This document shows positions 14,450 through 27,800 of a DNA stretch of 64,000 nucleotides, in pieces. Below the pieces are notes generated by a model. That model searched no databases, was not told where the DNA came from, and worked only from the letters and a program-made list of their open reading frames with translations. This stretch comes from Azolla caroliniana. Taxonomy: Eukaryota; Plantae; Polypodiophyta. The stretch is taken from NCBI GenBank assembly GCA_043228905.1, contig JBHGNT010000023.1:558001-622000 (forward strand). Direction: 5' to 3'. The translations under genes and the position numbers were made by a program. Within the stretch, counting starts at the first letter, position 1. Every line of letters starts with the position of its first letter.

Positions 14450-17400
14450 TGAGAAGAGCGCATGAGTAAATTAAAATGTTCATACCTGGCTCTTGTGATA
14501 TCGGATTTTAGTGTTCAAAGATGCCAATCGAAGCTAACAACAGTAGCTATGATATCGAATTAAAAAATCAAAATTTCGAAACTTGGGTCGAGAGACATGA
14601 AGAAATTAGTAAATTAGGAGAGGGAGTTGAGAAGAGCGCGTGAGTAAATTAAAATGTTCATAGCTGGCTCGTGTGATATCGAATTTTAGTGTTCAAACAT
14701 GCGAATCAAAGCTAACAACACTAGCTATGATAAGGAATGAAAAAATCAAGATTTTGAAACTTGGGTCGAGAGACATGAAGAAATTAGTAAATTAGAGGAT
14801 GGTGTTGACGAGAGCGCGTGAGTAAATTAAAATGTTCATAGCTGGCTCGTGTGATATCGGATTTTAGTGTTCAAACATGCGAATCGAAGCTAACAACACT
14901 AACTATGATATGGAATTAAAAAATCAATATTTTGAAACTCAGGTCGAGAGACATCAAGAAATTAGTAAATTACATGAGGGAGTTGAGAAGAGCGCGTGAG
15001 TAAATTAAACTATTCATAGCTGGCTCGTGTGATATCCGATTTTAGTGTTCAAACATATGAATCGAAGCTAACAACACTAGCTATGATATGGAATTAAAAA
15101 ATCAAGATTTTGAAACTTGGGTCGAGAGACATCAAGAAATTAGTAAATTAAATGACGGAGTTGAGAAGAGCGCGTGAGTAAATTAAAATGTTCATAGCTG
15201 GCTCGTGTGATATCGGATTTTAGTGTTCAAAGATGCCAATCGAAGCTATCAATACTAGCTATGATAAGAAATGAAAAAATCAAGATTTTGAAACTCAGGT
15301 TGAGAGACATGAAGATATTAGTAAATTAGAGGAGGGAGTTGAGAAGAGCGCGTGAGTAAATTAAAATGTTCATAGCTGGCTCGTGTGATCCCGGATTTTT
15401 ATGTTCAAAGATGCGAATCGAAGCTAAAAACACTACGTATGATATGGAATTAAAAAATCAAGATTTTGAAACTCAGTTCAAGAGACATGAAGAAATTAGT
15501 AAATTAGAGGAGGGTGTTGACAAGAGCGCATGAGTAAATTAAAATGTTCATACCTGGCTCTTGTGATATCGGATTTTAGTGTTCAAAGATGCGAATCGAA
15601 GCTAACAACACTAGCTATGATATGAAATGAAAAAATCAAGATTTTGAAACTCAGGTCGAGAGACATGAAGATATTAGTAAATTAGAGGAGGGAGTTGAGA
15701 AGAGCGCGTGAGTAAATTAAAATGTTCATAGCTGGCTCGTGTGATCCCGGATTTTTATGTTCAAAGATGCGAATCGAAGCTAACAACACTACGTATGATA
15801 TGGAATGAAAAAATCAAGATTTTGAAACTCAGGTCGAGAGACATGAAGAAATTGGTAAATTAGAGGAGGGTATTGCAAGAGCGCGTGAGTAAATTAAAAT
15901 GTTCATAGCTGGCTCGTGTGATATCGGATTTTTGTGTTCAGAGATGCGAATCGAAGCTAACAACACTAGCTATGATATGGAATTAAAAAATCAAGATTTT
16001 GAAACACAGGTCGAGAGACATGAAGAAATTAGTAAATTAGAGGAGGGTGTTGACAAGAGCGCATGAGTAAATTAAAATGTTCATACCTGGCTCTTGTGAT
16101 ATCGGATTTTAGTGTTCAAAGATGCCAATCGAAGCTAACAACACTAGCTATGATATGGAATTAAAAAATCAAGATTTCGAAACTTGGGTCGAGAGACATG
16201 AAGAAATTAGTAAATTAGGGGAGGGAGTTGAGAAGAGCGCGTGAGTAAATTAAAATGGTCATAGCTGGCTCGTGTGATGTCGGATTTTTGTGTTCAAACA
16301 TGCCAATCGAAGCTAACAACACTAGCTATGATATGGAATTAAAAAATCAAGATTTTGAGACTCAGGTCGAGAGACATGAAGAAATTAGTAAATTAGGGGA
16401 GGGAGTTTAGAAGAGCGCTTGAGTAAATTAAAATGTTCATAGCTGGCTCGTGTGATATCGGATTTTAGTGTTCAAACATGCGAATCGAAGCTAACAACAC
16501 TTGCTATGATATGGAATTAAACAATCAAGATTTTGAAACTCAGGTCGAGAGACATGAAGAAATTAGTAAATTAGAGGAGGGTATTGCAAGAGCGCGTGAG
16601 TAAATTAAAATGTTCATAGCTGGCTCGTGTGATATCGGATTTTTGTGTTCAGAGATGCGAATCGAAGCTAACAACACTAGCTATGATATGGAATTAAAAA
16701 ATCAAGATTTTGAAACTCAGGTCGAGAGACATGAAGAAATTAGTAAATTAGAGGAGGGTGTTGACAAGAGCGCATGAGTAAATTAAAATGTTCATACCTG
16801 GCTCTTGTGATATCGGATTTTAGTGTTCAAAGATGCCAATCGAAGCTAACAACACTAGCTATTATATCGAATTAAAAAATCAAAATTTCGAAACTTGGGT
16901 CGAGAGACATGAAGAAATTAGTAAATTAGGAGAGGGAGTTGAGAAGAGCGCGTGAGTAAATTAAAATGTTCATAGCTGGCTCGTGTGATATCGGATTTTA
17001 GTGTTCAAACATGCGAATCAAAGCTAACAACACTAGCTATGATAAGGAATGAAAAAATCAATATTTTGAAACTTGGGTCGAGAGACATGAAGAAATTAGT
17101 AAATTAGAGGAGGGTGTTGACGAGAGCGCGTGAGTAAATTAAAATGTTCATAGCTGGCTCGTGTGATATCGGATTTTAGTGTTCAAACATGCGAATCGAA
17201 GCTAACAACACTAACTATGATATGGAATTAAAAAATCAATATTTTGAAACTTGGGTCGAGAGATATCAAGAAATTAGTAAATTACATGAGGGAGTTGAGA
17301 AGAGCGCGTGAGTAAATTAAACTATTCATAGCTGGCTCGTGTGATATCCGATTTTAGTGTTCAAACATATGAATCGAAGCTAACAACACTAGCTATGATA

Positions 17401-18820
17401 TGGAATTAAAAAATCAAGATTTTGAAACTTGGGTCGAGAGACATCAAGAAATTAGTAAATTACATGACGGAGTTGAGAAGAGCGCGTGAGTAAATTAAAA
17501 TGTTCATAGCTGGCTCGTGTGATATCGGATTTTAGTGTTGAAAGATGCGAATCGAAGCTAACAATACTAGCTATGATAAGAAATGAAAAAATCAAGATTT
17601 TGAAACTCAGGTCGAGAGACATGAAGATATTAGTAAATTAGAGGAGGGAGTTGAGAAGAGCGCGTGAGTAAATTAAAATGTTCATAGCTGGCTCGTGTGA
17701 TCCCGGATTTTTATGTTCAAAGATGCGAATCGAAGCTAACAACACTACGTATGATATGGAATTAAAAAATCAAGATTTTGAAACTCAGTTCAAGAGACAT
17801 GAAGAAATTAGTAAATTAGAGGAGGGTGTTGACAAGAGCGCATGAGTAAATTAAAATGTTCATACCTGGCTCTTGTGATATCGGATTTTAGTGTTCAAAG
17901 ATGGGAATCGAAGCTAACAACACTAGCTATGATATGGAATGAAAAAATCAAGATTTTGAAACTCAGGTCGAGAGACATGAAGATATTAGTAAATTAGAGG
18001 AGGGAGTTGAGAAGAGCGCGTGAGTAAATTAAAATGTTCATAGCTGGCTCGTGTGATCCCGGATTTTTATGTTCAAAGATGCGAATCGAAGCTAACAACA
18101 CTACGTATGATATGGAATGAAAAAATCAAGATTTTGAAACTCAGGTCGAGAGACATGAAGAAATTGGTAAATTAGAGGAGGGTATTGCAAGAGCGCGTGA
18201 GTAAATTAAAATGTTCATAGATGGCTCGTGTGATATCGGATTTTTGTGTTCAGAGATGCGAATCGAAGCTAACAACACTAGCTATGATATGGAATTAAAA
18301 AATCAAGATTTTGAAACACAGGTCGAGAGACATGAAGAAATTAGTAAATTAGAGGAGGGTGTTGACAAGAGCGCATGAGTAAATTAAAATGTTCATACCT
18401 GGCTCTTGTGATATCGGATTTTAGTGTTCAAAGATGCCAATCGAAGCTAACAACACTAGCTATGATATGGAATTAAAAAATCAAGATTTCGAAACTTGGG
18501 TCGAGAGACATGAAGAAATTAGTAAATTAGGGGAGGGAGTTGATAAGAGCGCGTGAGTAAATTAAAATGTTCATAGCTGGCTCGTGTGATGTCGGATTTT
18601 TGTGTTCAAACATGCCAATCGAAGCTAACAACACTAGCTATGATATGGAATTAAAAAATCAAGATTTTGAGACTCAGGTCGAGAGACATGAAGAAATTAG
18701 TAAATTAGGGGAGGGAGTTTAGAAGAGCGCTTGAGTAAATTAAAATGTTCATAGCTGGCTCGTGTGATATCGGATTTTAGTGTTCAAACATGCGAATCGA
18801 AGCTAACAACACTTGCTATG
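14450..18820 (+). repeat. 13-monomer (2312 bp) diverged duplication
   Basis: ACTATTCATA at 15009 and 17321; CAGTTCAAG and AAACACAGG variants repeat at the same offset, with several mismatches between copies. Confidence 0.8.
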
Positions 18821-21800
18821 ATATGGAATCAAAAAATCAAGATTTTGAGACTCAGCTCGAGAGACATGAAGAAATTAGTAAATTAGGGGAGGGAGTTGAT
18901 AAGAGCGCGTGAGTAAATTAAAATGTTAACAATCGAAGCTAACAACACTAGCTATGATATGGAATTAAAAAATCAAGATTTCGAAACTTGGGTCTAGAGA
19001 CATGAAGAAATTAGTAAATTAGGGGAGGGAGTTTAGAAGAGCGCTTGAGTAAATTAAAATGTTCATAGCTGGCTCGTGTGATATTGGATTTTTGTGTTCA
19101 AACATGCGAATCGAAGCTAACAACACTTGCTATGATATGGAATCAAAAAATCAAGATTTTGAGACTCAGCTCGAGAGACATGAAGAAATTAGTAAGTTAG
19201 GGGAGGGAGTTGATAAGAGCGCGTGAGTAAATTAAAATGTTCATACCTGGCTCGTGTGATACCGGATTTTTGTGTTCAAACATGCGAATCGAAGCTAACA
19301 ACACTAGCTAGGATATGGAATTAAAAAATCAAGATTTTGAAACTCAGGTCGAGAGACATGTAGAAATTAGTAAATTAGGGGAGGGAGCTAGGAAGAGCGC
19401 GTGAGTAAATTAAAATGTTCATACCTGGCTCGTGTGATCCCGGATTTTTGTGTTCAAAGATGCGAATCGAAGCTAACAACACTAGCTATGATATGGAATT
19501 AAAAAATCAAGATTTTGAAACTTGGGTCGAGAGACATGAAGAAATTAGTAAAGTAGGGGAGGGAGTTGAGAAGAGCGCGTGAGTAAATTAAAATGTTCAT
19601 ACCTGGCTCGTGTGATATCGGATTTTAGTGTTCAAACATGCGAATCGAAGCTAACAACACTAGCTATGATATGGAATTAAAAAATCAAGATTTTGAAACT
19701 CAGGTCGAGAGACATGAAGAAATTAGTAAAGTAGGGGAGGGAGTTGAGAAGAGCGCGTGAGTAAATTAAAATGTTCATAGCTGGCTCGTGTGATATCGGA
19801 TTTTAGTGTTCAAACATGCGAATCGAAGCTAACAACACTAGCTATGATATGGAATTAAGAAATCAATATTTTGAAACTTAGGTCGAGAGACATGAAGAAA
19901 TTAGTAAATTAGAGGAGGGCGTTGACGAGAGCGCGTGAGTAAATTAAAATGTTCATAGCTGGCTCCTGTGATATTGGATTTTTGTGTTCAAACATGCGAA
20001 TCGAAGCTAACAACACTTGCTATGATATGGAATCAAAAAATCAAGATTTTGAGACTCAGCTCGAGAGACATGAAGAAATTAGTAAATTAGGGGAGGGAGT
20101 TGATAAGAGCGCGTGAGTAAATTAAAATGTTTATACCTGGCTCGTGTGATACCGGATTTTTGTGTTCAAACATGCGAATCGAAGCTAACAACACTAGCTA
20201 GGATATGGAATTAAAAAATCAAGATTTTGAAACTCAGGTCGAGAGACATGAAGAAATTAGTAAATTAGGGGAGGGAGCTAGGAAGAGCGCGCGAGTAAAT
20301 TAAAATGTTCATAGCTGGCTCGTGTGATATCGGATTTTAGTGTTCAAAGATGCCAATCGAAGCTAACAACACTAGCTATGATAAGAAATGAAAAAATCAA
20401 GATTTTGAAACTCAGGTCGAGAGACATGAAGATATTAGTAAATTAGAGGAGGGAGTTGAGAAGAGCGCGTGAGTAAATTAAAATGTTCATAGCTGGCTCG
20501 TGTGATCCCGGATTTTTATGTTCAAAGATGCGAATCGAAGCTAACAACACTACGTATGATATGGAATGAAAAAATCAAGATTTTGAAACTTGGGTCGAGA
20601 GACATCAAGAAATTAGTAAATTACATGAGGGAGTTGAGAAGAGCGCGTGAGTAAATTAAACTGTTCATAGCTGGCTCGTGTGATATCGGATTTTAGTGTT
20701 CAAACATATGAATCGAAGCTAACAACACTAGCTATGATATGGAATTAAAAAATCAAGATTTTTGAAACTTGGGTCGAGAGACATCAAGAAATTAGTAAAT
20801 TACATGACGGAGTTGAGAAGAGCGCGCGAGTAAATTAAAATGTTCATAGCTGGCTCGTGTGATGTCGGATTTTTGTGTTCAAACATGCTAATCAAAGCTA
20901 ACAACACTAGCTATGATAAGGAATGAAAAAATCAAGATTTTGAAACTCAGGTCGAGAGACATGAAGATATTAGTAAATTAGAGGAGGGAGTTGAGAAGAG
21001 CGCATGAGTAAATTAAAATGTTCATAGCTGGCTCGTGTGATCCCGGATTTTTATGTTCAAAGATGCGAATCGAAGCTAACAACACTACGTATGATATGGA
21101 ATGAAAAAATCAAGATTTTGAAACTCAGGTCGAGAGACATGAAGATATTAGTAAATTAGAGGAGGGAGTTGAGAAGAGCGCGTGAGTAAATTAAAATGTT
21201 CATAGCTGGCTCCTGTGATATCGGATTTTTGTGTTCAGAGATGCGAATCGAAGCTAACAACACTAGCTATGATATGGAATTAAAAAATCAAGATTTTGAA
21301 ACTCAGGTCGAGAGACATGAAAAAATTAGTAAATTAGAGGAGGGTGTTGACAAGAGCGCATGAGTAAATTAAAATGTTCATACCTGGCTCTTGTGATATC
21401 GGATTTTAGTGTTCAAAGATGCCAATCGAAGCTAACAACACTAGCTATTATATCGAATTAAAAAATCAAAATTTCGAAACTCAGGTCGAGAGACATGAAG
21501 AAATTAGTAAAGTAGGGGAGGGAGTTGAGAAGAGCGCGTGAGTAAATTAAAATGTTCATAGCTGGCTCGTGTGATATCGGATTTTAGTGTTCAAACATGC
21601 GAATCAAAGCTAACAACACTAGCTATGATAAGGAATGAAAAAATCATGATTTTGAAACTTGGGTCGAGAGACATGAAGAAATTAGTAAATTAGAGGAGGG
21701 TGTTGACGAGAGCGCGTGAGTAAATTAAAATGTTCATAGCTGGCTCGTGTGATATCGGATTTTAGTGTTCAAACATGCGAATCGGATCTAACAACACTAA

Positions 21801-24800
21801 CTATGATATGGAATTAAAAAATCAATATTTTGAAACTTGGGTCGAGAGATATCAAGAAATTAGTAAATTACATGAGGGAGTTGAGAAGAGCGCGTGAGTA
21901 AATTAAACTGTTCATAGCTGGCTCGTGTGATATCGGATTTTAGTGTTCAAACATATGAATCGAAGCTAACAACACTAGCTATGATATGGAATTAAAAAAT
22001 CAAGATTTTGAAACTTGGGTCGAGAGACATCAAGAAATTAGTAAATTACATGACGGAGTTGAGAAGAGCGCGCGAGTAAATTAAAATGTTCATAGCTGGC
22101 TCGTGTGATATCGGATTTTAGTGTTCAAAGATGCCAATCGAAGCTAACAACACTAGCTATGAGAAGAAATGAAAAAATCAAGATTTTGAAACTCAGGTCG
22201 AGAGACATGAAGATATTAGTAAATTAGAGGAGGGAGTTGAGAAGAGCGCGTGAGTAAATTAAAATGTTCATAGCTGGCTCGTGTGATCCCGGATTTTTAT
22301 GTTCAAAGATGCGAATCGAAGCTAACAACACTACGTATGATATGGAATGAAAAAATCAAGATTTTGAAACTTGGGTCGAGAGACATCAAGAAATTAGTAA
22401 ATTACATGAGGGAGTTGAGAAGAGCGCGTGAGTAAATTAAACTGTTCATAGCTGGCTCGTGTGATATCGGATTTTAGTGTTCAAACATATGAATCGAAGG
22501 TAACAGCACTAGCTATGATATGGAATTAAAAAATCAAGATTTTGAAACTTGGGTCGAGAGACATCAAGAAATTAGTAAATTACATGACGGAGTTGAGAAG
22601 AGCGCGCGAGTAAATTAAAATGTTCATAGCTGGCTCGTGTGATATCGGATTTTAGTGTTCAAAGATGCCAATCGAAGCTAACAACACTAGCTATGATAAG
22701 AAATGAAAAAATCAAGATTTCGAAACTCAGGTCGAGAGACATGAAGATATTAGTAAATTAGAGGAGGGAGTTGAGAAGAGCGCGTGAGTAAATTAAAATG
22801 TTCATAGCTGGCTCGTGTGATCCCGGATTTTTATGTTCAAAGATGCGAATCGAAGCTAACAACACTACGTTTGATATGGAATGAAAAAATCAAGATTTTG
22901 AAACTCAGGTCGAGAGACATGAAGAAATTGGTAAATTAGAGGAGGGTATTGCAAGAGCGCGTGAGTAAATTAAAATGTTCATAACTGGCTCGTGTGATAT
23001 CGGATTTTTGTGTTCAGAGATGCGAATCGAATCTAACAGCACTAGCTATGATATGGAATTAAAAAATCAAGATTTTGAAACACAGGTCGAGAGACATGAA
23101 GAAATTAGTAAATTAGAGGAGGCTGTTGACAAGAGGGCATGAGTAAATTAAAATGTTCATACCTGGCTCTTGTGATATCGGATTTTAGTGTTCAAAGATG
23201 CCAATCGAAGCTAACAACACTAGCTATGATATGGAATTAAAAAATCAAGATTTCGAAACTTGGGTCGAGAGACATGAAGAAATTAGTAAATTAGGGGAGG
23301 GAGTTGAGAAGAGCGCGTGAGTAAATTAAAATGTTCATAGCTGGCTCGTGTGATATCGGATTTTTGTGTTCAAACATGCGAATCGAAGCTAACAACACTT
23401 GCTATGATATGGAATCAAAAAATCAAGATTTTGAGACTCAGGTCGAGAGACATGAAGAAATTAGTAAATTAGGGTAGGGAGTTTAGAAGAGCGCTTGAGT
23501 AAATTAAAATGTTCATAGCTGGCTCGTGTGATATCGGATTTTAGTGTTCAAACATGCGAATCGAAGCTAACAACACTTGCTATGATATGGAATCAAAAAA
23601 TCAAGATTTTGAGACTCAGCTCGAGAGACATGAAGACATTAGTAAATTAGGGGAGGGAGTTGATAAGAGCGCGTGAGTAAATTAAAATGTTAACAATCGA
23701 AGCTAACAACACTAGCTATGATATGGAATTAAAAAATCAAGATTTCGAAACTTGGGTCTAGAGACATGAAGAAATTAGTAAATTAGGGGAGGGAGTTTAG
23801 AAGAGCGCTTGAGTAAATTAAAATGTTCATAGCTGGCTCGTGTGATATCGGATTTTTGTGTTCAAACATGCGAATCGAAGCTAACAACACTTGCTATGAT
23901 ATGGAATCAAAAAATCAAGATTTTGAGACTCAGCTCGAGAGACATGAAGAAATTAGTAAATTAGGGGAGGGAGTTGATAAGAGCGCGTGAGTAAATTAAA
24001 ATGTTCATACCTGGCTCGTGTGATACCGGATTTTTGTGTTCAAACATGCGAATCGAAGCTAACAACACTAGCTAGGATATGGAATTAAAAAATCAAGATT
24101 TTGAAACTCAGGTCGAGAGACATGAAGAAATTAGTAAATTAGGGGAGGGAGCTAGGAAGAGCGCGTGAGTAAATTAAAATGTTCATACCTGGCTCGTGTG
24201 ATGTCGGATTTTTGTGTTCAAAGATGCGAATCGAAGCTAACAACACTAGCTATGATATGGAATTAAAAAATCAAGATTTTGAAACTTGGGTCGAGAGACA
24301 TGAAAAAATTAATAAAGTAGGGGAGGGAGTTGATAAGAGCGCGTGAGTAAATTAAAATGTTCATAGCTGGCTCGTGTGATATCGGATTTTAGTGTTCAAA
24401 CATGAGAATCGAAGCTAATAACACTAGCTATGATATGGAATTAAAAAATCAAGATTTTGAAACTTGGGTCGAGAGACATCAAGAAATTAGTAAATTACAT
24501 GACGGAGTTGAGAAGAGCGCGTGAGTAAATTAAAATGTTCATAGCTGGCTCGTGTGATACCGGATTTTTGTGTTCAAAGATGCCAATCGTAGCTAACAAC
24601 ACTTGCTATGATATGGAATTAAAAAATCAAGATTTTGAAACTCAGGTCGAGAGACATGAAGAAATTAGTAAAGTAGGGGAGGGAGTTGAGAAGAGCGCGT
24701 GAGTAAATTAAAATGTTCATAGCTGGCTCGTGTGATATCGGATTTTAGTGTTCAAACATGCGAATCGAAGCTAACAACACTAACTATGATATGGAATTAA

Positions 24801-27800
24801 AAAATCAAGATTTTGAAACTTGGGTCTAGAGATATCAAGAAATTAGTAAATTACATGAGGGAGTTGAGAAGAGCGCGTGAGTAAATTAAAATGTTCATAG
24901 CTGGCTCGTGTGATATCGGATTTTAGTGTTCAAACATGCGAATCAAAGCTAACAACACTAGCTATGATAAGGAATGAAAAAATCAAGATTTTGAAACTCA
25001 GGTCGAGAGACATGAAGATATTAGTAAATTAGAGGAGGGAGTTGAGAAGAGCGCGTGAGTAAATTAAAATGTTCATAGCTGGCTCGTGTGATCCCGGATT
25101 TTTATGTTCAAAGATGCGAATCGAAGCTAACAACACTACGTATGATATGGAATTAAAAAATCAAGATTTTGAAACTCAGGTCGAGAGACATGAAGAAATT
25201 AGTAAATTAGAGGAGGGTGTTGACAAGAGCGCATGAGTAAATTAAAATGTTCATACCTGGCTCTTGGGATATCGGATTTTAGTGTTCAAAGATGCGAATC
25301 GAAGCTAACAACACTAGCTATGATATGGAATTAAAAAATCAAGATTTCGAAACTTGGGTCGAGAGACATGAAGAAATTAGTAAATTAGGGGAGGGAGTTT
25401 AGAAGAGCGCTTGAGTAAATTAAAATGTTCATAGCTGGCTCGTGTGATATCGGATTTTTGTGTTCAAACATGCGAATCGAAGCTAACAACACTAGCTATG
25501 ATAAGGAATGAAAAATCAAGATTTTGAAACTCAGGTCGTGAGACATGAAGATATTAGTAAATTAGAGGAGGGAGTTGAGAAGAGCGCGTGAGTAAATTAA
25601 AATGTTCATAGCTGGCTCGTGTGATCCCGGATTTTTATGTTCAAAGATGCGAATCGAAGCTAACAACACTACGTATGATATGGAATGAAAAAATCAAGAT
25701 TTTGAAACTCAGGTCGAGAGACATGAAGAAATTGGTAAATTAGAGGAGGGTATTGCAAGAGCGCGTGAGTAAATTAAAATGTTCATAGATGGCTCGTGTG
25801 ATATCGGATTTTTGTGTTCAGAGATGCGAATCGAAGCTAACAACACTAGCTATGATATGGAATTAAAAAATCAAGATTTTGAAACTCAGGTCGAGAGACA
25901 TGAAGAAATTAGTAAATTAGAGGAGGGTGTTGACAAGAGCGCATGAGTAAATTAAAATGTTCATACCTGGCTCTTGTGATATCGGATTTTAGGGTTCAGA
26001 GATGCCAATCGAAGCTAACAACACTAGCTATGATATGGAATTAAAAAATCAAGATTTCGAAACTTGGGTCGAGAGACATGAAGAAATTAGTAAATTAGGG
26101 GAGGGAGTTGATAAGAGCGCGTGAGTAAATTAAAATGTTCATAGCTGGCTCGTGTGATGTCGGATTTTTGTGTTCAAACATGCCAATCGAAGCTAACAAC
26201 ACTAGCTATGATATGGAATTAAAAAATCAAGATTTTGAGACTCAGGTCGAGAGACATGAAGAAATTAGTAAATTAGGGGAGGGAGTTTAGAAGAGCGCTT
26301 GAGTAAATTAAAATGTTCATAGCTGGCTCGTGTGATATCGGATTTTAGTGTTCAAACATGCGAATCGAAGCTAACAACACTTGCTATGATATGGAATCAA
26401 AAAATCAAGATTTTGAGACTCAGCTCGAGAGACATGAAGAAATTAGTAAATTAGGGGAGGGAGTTGATAAGAGCGCGTGAGTAAATTAAAATGTTAACAA
26501 TCGAAGCTAACAACACTAGCTATGATATGGAATTAAAAAATCAAGATTTCGAAACTTGGGTCTAGAGACATGAAGAAATTAGTAAATTAGGGGAGGGAGT
26601 TTAGAAGAGCGCTTGAGTAAATTAAAATGTTCATAGCTGGCTCGTGTGATATTGGATTTTTGTGTTCAAACATGCGAATCGAAGCTAACAACACTTGCTA
26701 TGATATGGAATCAAAAAATCAAGATTTTGAGACTCAGCTCGAGAGACATGAAGAAATTAGTAAGTTAGGGGAGGGAGTTGATAAGAGCGCGTGAGTAAAT
26801 TAAAATGTTCATACCTGGCTCGTGTGATACCGGATTTTAGTGTTCAAACATGAGAATCGAAGCTAATAACACTAGCTATGATATGGAATTAAAAAATCAA
26901 GATTTTGAAACTTGGGTCGAGAGACATCAAGAAATTAGTAAATTACATGACGGAGTTGAGAAGAGCGCGTGAGTAAATTAAAATGTTCATAGCTGGCTCG
27001 TGTGATACCGGATTTTTGTGTTCAAAGATGCCAATCGTAGCTAACAACACTTGCTATGATATGGAATTAAAAAATCAAGATTTTGAAACTCAGGTCGAGA
27101 GACATGAAGAAATTAGTAAAGTAGGGGAGGGAGTTGAGAAGAGCGCGTGAGTAAATTAAAATGTTCATAGCTGGCTCGTGTGATATCGGATTTTAGTGTT
27201 CAAACATGCGAATCGAAGCTAACAACACTAACTATGATATGGAATTAAAAAATCAAGATTTTGAAACTTGGGTCTAGAGATATCAAGAAATTAGTAAATT
27301 ACATGAGGGAGTTGAGAAGAGCGCGTGAGTAAATTAAAATGTTCATAGCTGGCTCGTGTGATATCGGATTTTAGTGTTCAAACATGCGAATCAAAGCTAA
27401 CAACACTAGCTATGATAAGGAATGAAAAAATCAAGATTTTGAAACTCAGGTCGAGAGACATGAAGATATTAGTAAATTAGAGGAGGGAGTTGAGAAGAGC
27501 GCGTGAGTAAATTAAAATGTTCATAGCTGGCTCGTGTGATCCCGGATTTTTATGTTCAAAGATGCGAATCGAAGCTAACAACACTACGTATGATATGGAA
27601 TTAAAAAATCAAGATTTTGAAACTCAGGTCGAGAGACATGAAGAAATTAGTAAATTAGAGGAGGGTGTTGACAAGAGCGCATGAGTAAATTAAAATGTTC
27701 ATACCTGGCTCTTGGGATATCGGATTTTAGTGTTCAAAGATGCGAATCGAAGCTAACAACACTAGCTATGATATGGAATTAAAAAATCAAGATTTCGAAA

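Noticed and set aside
20755-20765. Singleton 1-bp indels (extra T near 20761, missing A near 57785, extra G near 60903)
   Set aside because: Isolated, mostly in homopolymers, and indistinguishable from sequencing error without reads.
25988-25996. Single TTTAGGGTT (also near 28436 and 36003)
   Set aside because: A one-base T>G change of TTTTAGTGTT at a different monomer position, not a telomeric insertion.
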